Part shown: positions 16,094 through 25,046 of the stretch, in pieces | Layout: each line of letters starts with the position of its first letter | Position numbering within the stretch: position 1 is the stretch's first letter | IMG/VR virus record: IMGVR_UViG_3300012952_000008 | Span: 1-29,719 of that record | Reading direction: 5' to 3' (one strand) | Length of the DNA: 29,719 bases | From: a virus | Lineage: Duplodnaviria; Caudoviricetes | Notes under the pieces: generated by a model | The model's input: the letters and a program-made list of their open reading frames with translations, nothing else | The model's database searches: none | Told to the model about the DNA's origin: nothing | Made by a program: the position numbers and the translations under genes

Positions 16094-16203
16094 GGTGTCG
16101 ACTCCGTGGGGTGCGTCCGTCGCCCCCGTTTGTGAGACCACTATGCCCCCTCTCCTTGTGTGTGTCAATACACTCTGCCAAGAAAAGCACACACCGCGAT
16201 CGC
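16094..16203 (-). repeat. Cassette repeat D (promoter and leader only; first unit of the array)
   Basis: GCGATCGC; TTGACA 16168-16163, 17 nt, CATAGT 16145-16140; ACGGA hairpin; ACGGAG. Confidence 0.9.
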
Positions 16204-16271
16204 TGACCCCCGGCCGGGGAGGGGGAGAGGGGGGGCCCGACCGGGGGGGGCACCGTGAGGCGCCCTATCAG

Positions 16272-17837
16272 CTACGCCGAGTCCTGGACCCTCAGCGCCA
16301 CCAGGAGCCGGCCCCCTGGAGAGTGCCGCACGCCCTGGATCACCGCGATCCGATTGGTCCAACCAATCTCGGAGTCCGTGATCGTGATCTGGTCCCCCAG
16401 ACGCAGCCACCCCCAGGCCTGGTCCAGCTCGTAGGAGACCGACCACGAGGGCAGCCCGTACAGCTGCGCACGCCACCCGACCACCGCCCCCGCCGTGGCC
16501 GCGCTGTAGATGGCGTCAGAGGTCTGGGCCTCAGCCACCCCCACCCCGTACCGCGCGCGGCCCGCCTGGAGCGCCCGGTGGACCCCTCCGCCGTTGGCCT
16601 GGTCCTCCGACCTGGACACCGCCGCCACCCGCTCGGCATAGAGGTTGTGATCGGCGTCGTAGGCATACCGGAGCGCGGACTCCGTGAGCAGCCGGGTCCG
16701 GTCCTCCGACTGCACGCGCCCCACGCGGTACACGCCCTCCCGCCCACGTACGAGGGACGCGATCGGGTCCTCGCCCAGGGGCCACACATGCAGCCCGAGC
16801 CCGCGGGCCGTGCCATGTACCGACACGGGGAGCAGGGGCAGGATCTGCGCCGCCAGCCAATCCCAGGGCCGGAGGTGCTGCGCCGGGTCGCACACGATGG
16901 AGGTATCGATCTGGTAGCCCTCCAGGAGCCGGGCCGCCACGTCCACCGAGACCAGATCCCACGGGGCCGTTGACTGGCGCACCGCCCACCGGATGACCTG
17001 GCCAGCTGTCCGGACCGCCGTCCCGCCCTCCTGGACCAGGCCGGGGCCCTCTGTCCAGCTGGTCCGGTAGACGTCTTTGGAGTGGTAGGTGATTCCCGCG
17101 AAGTGGTTGTTGACGTCTGCCACCGCCACCAGGCGCCCGCGGCCGTCTGACACATGATCGATCGGCCCGACCTCGTCCGATCCGTTTTGGTGCAGCGTGA
17201 CCTGTGACGCGGCCACGGCATGGCCTGCGATTAGGATATATTTATTTGATGAATCGACCGCGAACCCGGGGACAGCCTGGACGGACTGAGAGCCGGAGAT
17301 CGCCCCCGGCTGCCCGATTACGATCGGATACATTTCCCCGTCGGTCTTCTCGGCCGCTCCTGGCCAGGTGTCCGAGTCCACCCGCGCCGTCTCCGGGCAC
17401 AGCTCGCCCGAGTCATCCCAGGGGTTGGCGTCGATCGCCAGCTCCACCGGTGAGCCCTTGGGCCCATAGCTGTAGTCCCGCACACGTCCCGAGAAATACA
17501 GGAGCGAGCGCCCGCCCCGAATATATCGATACACGCGCGCGGTGCATTGGTGGAGGTCCTGGCGGTCCGCAATGAGCGCCGGCACGTCCAGCCAGTGGGG
17601 CCGGATCGTGAGCGTGAGAGACCGAGACGCGGGGGACAGGCTGAAGAGGTCCAAAGACTCCTCCCAGGCGAAGTCCTCTACCCCTGGTCGCCACGTCACG
17701 GGCTGCCCCGTCTCGGGGTCGTTGGCCGTCACCTGCTGCGGTGCCAGGTAGACCACACGCGCGGCCCACTCCAGGCGCACCAGCCACACCAGATCCGCCC
17801 CGAGCAGCTCCCGCCGCTCCCACCATCGGCGGTCCAT
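16272..17837 (-). CDS. Tail tip / baseplate hub (Tal-like) protein
   Basis: 521 aa, last gene of the tail operon; C-terminal LRLGDQITITD resembles hub proteins. Confidence 0.6.
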   Translation of the reverse strand: MDRRWWERRELLGADLVWLVRLEWAARVVYLAPQQVTANDPETGQPVTWRPGVEDFAWEESLDLFSLSPASRSLTLTIRPHWLDVPALIADRQDLHQCTARVYRYIRGGRSLLYFSGRVRDYSYGPKGSPVELAIDANPWDDSGELCPETARVDSDTWPGAAEKTDGEMYPIVIGQPGAISGSQSVQAVPGFAVDSSNKYILIAGHAVAASQVTLHQNGSDEVGPIDHVSDGRGRLVAVADVNNHFAGITYHSKDVYRTSWTEGPGLVQEGGTAVRTAGQVIRWAVRQSTAPWDLVSVDVAARLLEGYQIDTSIVCDPAQHLRPWDWLAAQILPLLPVSVHGTARGLGLHVWPLGEDPIASLVRGREGVYRVGRVQSEDRTRLLTESALRYAYDADHNLYAERVAAVSRSEDQANGGGVHRALQAGRARYGVGVAEAQTSDAIYSAATAGAVVGWRAQLYGLPSWSVSYELDQAWGWLRLGDQITITDSEIGWTNRIAVIQGVRHSPGGRLLVALRVQDSA

Positions 17838-20800
17838 TAGGGGGCCTCCCAGCCGCCTGGAATCTCGGAGATGACGACACGGGAGGAGCGCTGCACCTCG
17901 TCCCGTCCCTCGTAGCCCTGGACGGGCTCCACGCCCGGATCGGACGTCACCCGGCCGTACACGATCAGCTGCCGATCCGTCAGGACGTGATCACCGCTGC
18001 CCCGGTCGATGCGCCCGAGGTACACCACCGGCCGCGCCACGCCCCCCAGGCGTTGAGAGACCAGGGACTCCAGAGCCATGATGACTTCCCCGCGATTGGC
18101 CACGGGCTTCCCGGCGTCGGTTCCCGTCACATAATCCGGCTTGACGTTGTAGCGGTAGAGGCGGCGGGTCTCCATGCCTTCATCCCAGGAAAAAGATACC
18201 TCACGAGACGGCAGCCCGACCCGGCGCCCATACGTCACACCGCTCGAGTCTTGTGACAATTCCCCCAGCTGTCTTGTGGTGATTGTGCGACCGAAAGACG
18301 GCGACTGACCGAATACAAACACGTCCCCGATCAAGAGCTGCCCCAGCTCCTGGAAGCCGTCGACAGTGTCCCCGCCCATGATCCGGAGCCGTAGGTGGGT
18401 GGCCTCGTTGGTGAAGTCATGCGACACCACCACGCCGGAGCGCGCCCAGATTTCGCAGGTGCCCGACGTGGGCTCTGTGCCGTCTATGCCTTCCAGCTCG
18501 AAGATCGGATGCCGGCTTGTGGCGTCGGTCCAGCTGCCGCCGCTGTTGCCCTTGATCTTGCGTAGCACGGTAGACCCACCGATCAGCTTTAATGTGCCCC
18601 CGCGGAACTCGTCCGGCCATATGTAGCGCTCCGCCGCCTGGGCGGTTCCTGTGTCGACGGTGACGGCCGTTCCCTGGCGGGTGAATGTCAGCCCCTCCAG
18701 GCCCTCGGCCAGGTCCAGGGTGCAGATTGTGTTGTAGCTGCTCCCGTTGTTGTCCGAGTAGGCCAACTCTGCCTCTTTAAAGTTACACCGGAGGAGGCAC
18801 ATCCCGATCGTAGCGTTGCGAAGCCGGGCCTCCTGGGTGCTAAGGGTCCAGACCAGATCCTGGTCTGCGCTGTCGTCCCGGCTGCGGTACGTCACAGCGG
18901 GCCCCGGGTTGACCTCCTGATGCGCCGCCTCCACCGGGTAGAGGTGGTCTGCCCCGACCGTCCATTGCTGGCCCTGGAGGGCGGGCCCATCGGTGGCGCT
19001 CAGCTCGATCCCCTTGCGGACGTACTGCGGGATCGGGCTGTAGTCCAGCGGCCGCACGTCGTCCGGGTTGGAGTAGCCCGCGGCCGGTGTGTCACTGCTC
19101 AACCTGGTTGAGACGTCAGGCCACCCGCACCACCCCACATGCGACCAGGTGCTTTCTTGGGTGCTGCTGTCCAGCTTGCCCCACTTGATCAGGGTGTCCG
19201 CTCCTGGACTGGTCCCGCTCTGGTCGCCAAGGGTTCCGGCTGGGCCGTCTGCCCACTGCCGACGATGGGAGGGCGAGGCGTACCAGGTGCGGACGCTGCC
19301 GGCGCTGTCGACTGCGATCCGGATCATCGTGATCGCCGTCATATCGTGCGCGACGGTGTCCCCGACCTGGGATCCGTCTTTTGTATCAGTAAGGGACCAC
19401 CCCCCGGTGCCTGCCTTGATCGATGCGCCATAGACAAAGGTCGCATCGCTGGCCCCGCTGTTGTCGCTTAGCTGTACCGTGATCCCCGTGTCCTCGTCCG
19501 TGAGGGTCGACACCTTCAGGGATATTTCTGCGACGAGTCCTTGATAGTCTGAATTTGTATCACTGTGGGTGTAGTTCAGAACACCCGAACCGGTTAGCTC
19601 TAGAAGGCCCCCGGAGAGGGCGTCGGAGGCCGCGCCGCCCCTGGACCACCCGACGTCCGCGGGCAGTGCCGTGGGCAGGTATAGCGCGCCCTGAAGCTGG
19701 CTGCTGCTGATGTCTGTCACCTTGGAATATGTGACGTGAGAATCAGCGGAGAAATACGAGGCCCCCAGGATGTTCCGGCCCCTGGGCATGGTCTGCGTGG
19801 ACGGTCCGCCCAGGTAGACCGCACGGGTGGCGGTCTCGTCCTCGTCCGTCGTCACGACGAACAGGCGCCCCCCCATGTCGACCGCGCCGTAGTGTGTCAG
19901 ATAATCCGACGAGGAATCCCGCAAGCTGACGTTCTGACCGTGCCACAAAACCCAGGACCGGCCACCGTCGGAGGACCGGCGCAGAAGTTCCGAAGTGTGG
20001 TCCCCCACGCCTGCCGAGCTAGAGAGCAGGGCATACACGTCCCCATCCTCTCCAAGCCAGACAGAGGCCGCCGGGCCGTGGTCATATTCTGGTACGTCTG
20101 GGGTCAGGTCCGTGCTCTTGATCTCACGCTGTAGGCCGTTGGCGATCGGGGTCGATACGGTGGGCAATGCGACCGACACCCAGGCATCTACGTTGGATGC
20201 GTCCGTGTGACGTGTCACGAACACGATCGAGCCGTTGGGGAGTGCGACACAGTCGTGCGTGTCCGTGTCTCCGTCTCCGTCATTGATCGCCAGTTCGGAT
20301 CCGGTGTCGGATGTCACGAGAAGGTACGGGCCGGCCGGAGTCGTGGCCGCGTACGTCCGGACATTCTGAGAGCTGGATCCAGTCGTGCCGAGCGCCAGGA
20401 ACGCGCCCGCGTCAGTGACCGCCGCACGGATCCGGAGGTCCCCGGTGCTCTCCACGTTGTCGTCTACCACCCGCTGAGCGTAGACGGCCCAGGAGTCCCC
20501 CTGATCTTCCGACACAAGAATGTCCACGTTTCGACGGTTGGAGACCGTCCGGTCAGACTGCAGGAAAAGGAACAGCCGGCCGTCTGGTGCTACACACAGG
20601 CCAGGACTCGAGCCTACCCCGAACGTGTACCCGGAGACGGAGACCACCGTGGTCTGTGTCCAGGTGTCCCCGTCAGCCTCGAAGATCATCCGGTGGAGCC
20701 CGTTGCTCAGTGTCTTGGGCCGAGAGATGGCCACCACGCGCCCGCCCTCCAGGCGCTCGACAGCGACCCCACCGCGGGGGACGTAGGACGTGCTCAACAC

Positions 20801-21115
20801 CTCGTGACCCGTGACCAGGCCCAGGTGGTCCGCCCCGTACCAGGACGAGTCTCCATCATCCCGCCAGACGTATCCGCCACCGTTGCGGGCTGGGATCCCG
20901 CTGGTCTGGGTCTGGACGTTGATCGTGTGCTCGTCGTCGTTGGTACCTGTCGCACGAAGTGATAGGTCCGTGTCCCCGCTTGCTACAGGTTGCCCGACGA
21001 TGGGCGACCCCTCGGTGTAGCTGGACAGCGAGGCCGAGAGGTTGGCAAAGGTCACGCGCTCGTCAGGCACCAGGAGCCCGGAGAACTGAGGGTATTTTGT
21101 GTAGCGCTCGCCCAT
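17837..21115 (-). CDS. Large tail protein with BNR/Asp-box motifs (possible evolved Dit / receptor binding)
   Basis: 1092 aa directly after the tape measure; SEDQGDSW, SSDGGRSW, SDNNGSSY; rich in Ser/Thr/Gly/Asp. Confidence 0.65.
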   Translation of the reverse strand: MGERYTKYPQFSGLLVPDERVTFANLSASLSSYTEGSPIVGQPVASGDTDLSLRATGTNDDEHTINVQTQTSGIPARNGGGYVWRDDGDSSWYGADHLGLVTGHEVLSTSYVPRGGVAVERLEGGRVVAISRPKTLSNGLHRMIFEADGDTWTQTTVVSVSGYTFGVGSSPGLCVAPDGRLFLFLQSDRTVSNRRNVDILVSEDQGDSWAVYAQRVVDDNVESTGDLRIRAAVTDAGAFLALGTTGSSSQNVRTYAATTPAGPYLLVTSDTGSELAINDGDGDTDTHDCVALPNGSIVFVTRHTDASNVDAWVSVALPTVSTPIANGLQREIKSTDLTPDVPEYDHGPAASVWLGEDGDVYALLSSSAGVGDHTSELLRRSSDGGRSWVLWHGQNVSLRDSSSDYLTHYGAVDMGGRLFVVTTDEDETATRAVYLGGPSTQTMPRGRNILGASYFSADSHVTYSKVTDISSSQLQGALYLPTALPADVGWSRGGAASDALSGGLLELTGSGVLNYTHSDTNSDYQGLVAEISLKVSTLTDEDTGITVQLSDNSGASDATFVYGASIKAGTGGWSLTDTKDGSQVGDTVAHDMTAITMIRIAVDSAGSVRTWYASPSHRRQWADGPAGTLGDQSGTSPGADTLIKWGKLDSSTQESTWSHVGWCGWPDVSTRLSSDTPAAGYSNPDDVRPLDYSPIPQYVRKGIELSATDGPALQGQQWTVGADHLYPVEAAHQEVNPGPAVTYRSRDDSADQDLVWTLSTQEARLRNATIGMCLLRCNFKEAELAYSDNNGSSYNTICTLDLAEGLEGLTFTRQGTAVTVDTGTAQAAERYIWPDEFRGGTLKLIGGSTVLRKIKGNSGGSWTDATSRHPIFELEGIDGTEPTSGTCEIWARSGVVVSHDFTNEATHLRLRIMGGDTVDGFQELGQLLIGDVFVFGQSPSFGRTITTRQLGELSQDSSGVTYGRRVGLPSREVSFSWDEGMETRRLYRYNVKPDYVTGTDAGKPVANRGEVIMALESLVSQRLGGVARPVVYLGRIDRGSGDHVLTDRQLIVYGRVTSDPGVEPVQGYEGRDEVQRSSRVVISEIPGGWEAP

Positions 21116-21118
21116 GGT

Positions 21119-23149
21119 CTAGCCCATCCCTGTGGGCCGGTGGCTGCCCGGCCGTGGTTGCCCTCTGAGGATCTGAGACTGCAGCGACCCACGGCCCGAG
21201 CGTCCCAGGTCGTACGCCTGGACGTCCAGGACCCGGGTCCGGATCTTCTGCTCGACCACGATAGTCGTGGGCGCGGCGCCCTGGCCCTGGTTGAGGGCTC
21301 GCACGCCCTCCTCCCCACCGACTGCCCGGACCGCGGACGGGGACAGCACGGCCTCTCCTTCTCGGGCTCGGATCATCATCTCGTCGCGGAGCAATCCGCC
21401 CGCGTGGAACGCCGGCGCAGGCTCGGAGGCGATAGCCGCGATCTGAGCAGCCCCGAGCGCTCCCGCGGCAATCGCTGCGGGGATTGTGACCGGTGGCCCT
21501 GGAGGCTGTGCCAGAGCGGCCGCAACAGCTGCAGCGGTGGAGATCGTCGCCTGGGCGAACGCCAGGCTTTTTGACCTCTCGAATGCTTCGAGGGCTGCCC
21601 GTTGGGCTGCGCGCTCGGATTCGATCGAGGCGTCCAGCTCGGCCCGCAGGCGCTCCCGGGTGCGCTCGGTGGTGGCCTGGGCCAGCTGCTCCCGGATGCG
21701 CTGGACGCGGTCGCTCGCCGTCCGCTCCTCCTCGATGCGCTCGGCCATGGCGTCCCGCTCCGCCTGGCTGATTCTGTCGACCACTGACAGGGCGGCACCG
21801 AGGATTTCCTGGTACGCCTCTCGCTGCCTGGTCACCATCTCCGCCAGGGTCTGATCTCGCTTGTCGGCGGCCTCTCGCTGGGCGTCTGCCGCGGCCACGA
21901 TTGCGGCGGCCTCTTCCTCGCTTTTCTGGGTCAGATCTTCGGTCTTTTCTGTGAGGTCGATCTTCAGCTTGATCGTCTCTTTTAGTGCCTCATTCAGATC
22001 GGCCGCTGCGGCGGTCTCCTCGGTGGTGGCCTCGGCCATCTCCTGGGCTGCCTCGGTAGCCTCCTCGGTGGCGTCCGCCATCTCCCGGAACTCTCCGCGC
22101 GCCTCGTGCAGCCTGCGAGTCAGATCGGCCACTCGCTCGGCCATCCCGATCAGGGCCTCCTGGTTTCGCTCGGCCTCCTCCTCCAGGCCTGGCGTACTGG
22201 ACAGAACCCGCTGCGCCTCTGAGTAGCCGCGAAGATGACTCTCAGCCTCTGCCAGCTCTTGCGACAGTTCCTCAATTGCTGCGACTTGTCGACCTTGCTC
22301 TGTGACCACCTGAGGGATCAGTCCCTGTAGCCTGCGGTACGCGTGGATCGAGTCGTTGATCTGCTCAATAAATGTGGTCATCGGGCCCACGAGGGGCTCT
22401 AGCGCGTCCGCCATGAGGCGGCCCAGGGAGGCCTTCAGCAGCGTCACCTGGTCGGTCAGGGCCTCCGATTCCGCCGCGGCCTCGTTGGAGACGATGCCCG
22501 CCCGCTCGATGGCTCCCGCCGCCGCTCGGATTCCCTCGCCCCCACCCTCGAAAGCGGCCAGCAGCTGGACACCAGACCGGCCCAGGAGGTCTTGCGCCGT
22601 CAGCGTCCGGAGAGATTGTGTCTCCACGTCTCCCAGGCGGTCCGCTATGAGGGCGAAACGCTCCACCAGGGGCAAGCGCTCCAGCTCCTGGGCAGACAGC
22701 CCCAGCCGCTCCAGTGCCTCCGCCGCCGGGCCTCCCCTTGTCGCGGCCTCTCCTAGCCTGCGGTTGAGGTCTCGGATCGCCTGCTCTGCTTGGCCGGCGC
22801 TCACGCCTCCGAGGCCCAGGGCTCCCGTCACCACCTGCAGCTCCTCCGCGGTGGTTCCCAGGACGGCGGCCATCTTGGCGATCTGGTCGTTGCTGGCTGC
22901 CATCTGGACCACGGCGGCGCCCACTGCAGCCACCGCCGCAGCTGCCGCAGCTGCAGCCGTCCCAACGGCTCCCAGGGCGCCCCTCAGCCCCGCCATCGAT
23001 ACGGAGGCCTTGCGGGCCGATTGCTGGCCCTCCTCGCCCATCTCCTGGAGGTCGTCCCCGGCCTCCTCCGCGGTGTCTCCGATCTGCTTCAGCGCAGCGA
23101 CCGCGCCGTCGCTGTCTACGACTACCTCGAACTCGATCCGGCGGGCCAT
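21119..23149 (-). CDS. Tail tape measure protein
   Basis: 676 aa, Ala/Glu-rich helical; C-terminal FHAGG...GEAVL motif; follows the chaperone pair. Confidence 0.9.
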   Translation of the reverse strand: MARRIEFEVVVDSDGAVAALKQIGDTAEEAGDDLQEMGEEGQQSARKASVSMAGLRGALGAVGTAAAAAAAAVAAVGAAVVQMAASNDQIAKMAAVLGTTAEELQVVTGALGLGGVSAGQAEQAIRDLNRRLGEAATRGGPAAEALERLGLSAQELERLPLVERFALIADRLGDVETQSLRTLTAQDLLGRSGVQLLAAFEGGGEGIRAAAGAIERAGIVSNEAAAESEALTDQVTLLKASLGRLMADALEPLVGPMTTFIEQINDSIHAYRRLQGLIPQVVTEQGRQVAAIEELSQELAEAESHLRGYSEAQRVLSSTPGLEEEAERNQEALIGMAERVADLTRRLHEARGEFREMADATEEATEAAQEMAEATTEETAAAADLNEALKETIKLKIDLTEKTEDLTQKSEEEAAAIVAAADAQREAADKRDQTLAEMVTRQREAYQEILGAALSVVDRISQAERDAMAERIEEERTASDRVQRIREQLAQATTERTRERLRAELDASIESERAAQRAALEAFERSKSLAFAQATISTAAAVAAALAQPPGPPVTIPAAIAAGALGAAQIAAIASEPAPAFHAGGLLRDEMMIRAREGEAVLSPSAVRAVGGEEGVRALNQGQGAAPTTIVVEQKIRTRVLDVQAYDLGRSGRGSLQSQILRGQPRPGSHRPTGMG

Positions 23150-23159
23150 GCTCTCCCCC

Positions 23160-23503
23160 TTAGCTGGACCACCAGGCGGCGGCCTCGGGCGTGGCTGCCC
23201 CCCTGGCCAGCCTGGAGCGGGCGGTGGGGCTCGTCTGCTTCTGGGGGCGTGTCATCATCCACGCCTCCAGGATGTCCGAGAGTGTAGCAGACCGGGTAGA
23301 CATGAGACGTAGATCGGCAGGGCGCACGCTACGAGACGCCAGCCCCCGGCGCTCGTGCGCGTGGAGAATCTGCCAGTAGGCCAGGAGGCGGAGACGGTCG
23401 GCGCGCGAATTGTCCCAGAATCTCGGAGCAAACCCACGGCCACCCAAGATCCCAATCTCGATGTCTAGCGCCCGCCAGCTCTGCCAGCCTTTGTCACAGT
23501 AAA
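23160..23503 (-). CDS. Tail assembly chaperone, frameshift extension (gpT-like)
   Basis: The -1 frame from GGATTTT (23507-23501) is open to the stop at 23160 (..YCDKGWQSWRALDIEIGILGGRGFAPRFW..). Confidence 0.7.
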
Positions 23504-23884
23504 ATCCACCAGGGCCCCCACCTCCTCAGGGGTGGGCATGGCCTCTTGGGCGGCGCGCATGAGAGCGGAGCCCGTGCCCAGGAGCTGGATCAAGGTCCAG
23601 CCCTCGGCGAACAGCTCAGCTGATACGCGCTCCCCATACACCGCCGGATCGTCGTCGTGCTCGGCCTCCAGGTCGAAGTTTGGATGAGCCCAGAACCACC
23701 CGACGGCGGCAGACGAGATCGCGGCCTGTTCGTGCGACGAGCCCCCGGCCCGTGCGGCTGCCTCGCAATGTCGCAAGAGCCGCACCGGGTCCACCAGTCG
23801 GAACCGGTGGAGCCCCAGGCCTGGGATGTCGATTTCAAGCGCCGCGTGCTCGGGCACCTGGCGCTGTGTTGCCCTCTCCCTCAT
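23465..23884 (-). CDS. Tail assembly chaperone (gpG-like)
   Basis: Between tail tube and tape measure; slippery heptamer near the 3' end; GGGGGAG RBS. Confidence 0.75.
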   Translation of the reverse strand: MRERATQRQVPEHAALEIDIPGLGLHRFRLVDPVRLLRHCEAAARAGGSSHEQAAISSAAVGWFWAHPNFDLEAEHDDDPAVYGERVSAELFAEGWTLIQLLGTGSALMRAAQEAMPTPEEVGALVDFTVTKAGRAGGR

Positions 23885-23897
23885 GCTCCCCCCAGAG

Positions 23898-24488
23898 CTA
23901 GGAAATCATGATCGGCGTCGGGTCTCCCAGGCCGCCATCTGTGCAGGTGAGCGAGATCGTGATCGTGTCCGGGTCGCCCTCGCTGATGCTCATCGAGCCG
24001 AAGCAAAGATTGGCCACCATGACGTGAGAATCCCCAGAGGTGTCTCCGGGGTTGATGATCTCGAACTTGACCGAAACGCCGTTGATCATAGCGTCGCCGC
24101 CAGCCGAGGAAGCGTAGGTGCTTTCCCAATTGCTGGAGACATAATCCCCATATCCAGACATAGCCCACGGGTCCCGGGTGAGCCACAGGGCGATGTCGTT
24201 GAGGGTCTCTACACCGGTGTCCGTGAGGTCCCGCAGGTAGGCCGAGAACTGGATCGTCGTCGGCTCCTCGTCTCCGGCGATGACTCCGGCCAGGTCCTGG
24301 CGGTCTCGAATCAGGACCTTCTGCCGACCTGTCACAGCGATCTGAAGGTTCCCCTCCTCGAACTTGACCTCGTAGGACTCCGCCCCAGCCTCCAGGGCGC
24401 CGGAGGACGTGTTAAATGCGCCTTCCTTGAGAGCGGCGAGGGTGATCTTCCCCATAAGTCGCGACTTCACGACGAGAGATTCGGCCAT
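23898..24488 (-). CDS. Major tail (tube) protein
   Basis: 196 aa, acidic and beta-rich; synteny before the chaperones; GGAGG RBS. Confidence 0.7.
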   Translation of the reverse strand: MAESLVVKSRLMGKITLAALKEGAFNTSSGALEAGAESYEVKFEEGNLQIAVTGRQKVLIRDRQDLAGVIAGDEEPTTIQFSAYLRDLTDTGVETLNDIALWLTRDPWAMSGYGDYVSSNWESTYASSAGGDAMINGVSVKFEIINPGDTSGDSHVMVANLCFGSMSISEGDPDTITISLTCTDGGLGDPTPIMIS

Positions 24489-24494
24489 TTTTTT

Positions 24495-25046
24495 CTACCT
24501 CCCGCGGAGCCTGAGACGCTGCCGCTCTAGTGATTCCCGCTCGCGTAGTCTGCTTGGGCGGTCCTGATACGCTTCAACAGTAGCAGCAAAGAGACTTGTC
24601 CGCAGCAATCGCCGCGCCTGCCGTGCCAGTCTGTCGGCCAGGTTCTGCTGCCTCTGGATCTGTATATCAAGTGACGCGACGTTGTCGCGCTGGACGATCT
24701 CGTTCAGCCGACCGAGTGCACCATTGATCAGCTGCTCCGACTCGGCCTCAACAAGCACCCAGCTCTCTAGCGTGCTGCCGCTGGCGTGGACAAATTCGGC
24801 ATACTCGACCGGGTTACGTATCACCCACAGCGGCGGCTCCCACTGCAGGGACCACGACTGCTGGGAGCGGCCGGTGTCCACTGGCCAGGTATCGATCAGG
24901 TACTCCCGCAGCTCGGCGGTCAGGTCGTCCATCACGGCTTCGACCTCGTCCCGGGCGCCGGGGCTCAGCGCATCCGCAGAACCAGCGATCCGGCTGTAGA
25001 CGTCGATCGATATGTCGACGGCTCCCGAGATCAGACGCCGGGCCAC
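24495..25046 (-). CDS. HK97 gp10-like tail completion protein
   Basis: WPVDTGRSQQSW...NPVEYAEFVH motif. Confidence 0.7.
   Translation of the reverse strand: MARRLISGAVDISIDVYSRIAGSADALSPGARDEVEAVMDDLTAELREYLIDTWPVDTGRSQQSWSLQWEPPLWVIRNPVEYAEFVHASGSTLESWVLVEAESEQLINGALGRLNEIVQRDNVASLDIQIQRQQNLADRLARQARRLLRTSLFAATVEAYQDRPSRLRERESLERQRLRLRGR

Noticed and set aside
14309-16203. CRISPR array or mini-array
   Set aside because: Repeats are about 110-145 bp and contain promoters and SDs; the intervening sequences are 190-460 bp ORFs, not 30-40 bp spacers.
14309-16203. Classical integron attC cassette array
   Set aside because: No RYYYAAC/GTTRRRY-bounded attC hairpins were seen, there is no tyrosine recombinase, and each gene has its own promoter.
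6250-16203. HIP1 (GCGATCGC) as evidence of a cyanobacterial host
   Set aside because: Only a few full octamers were noticed, CGATCG is expected often in GC-rich coding DNA, and enrichment could not be computed.
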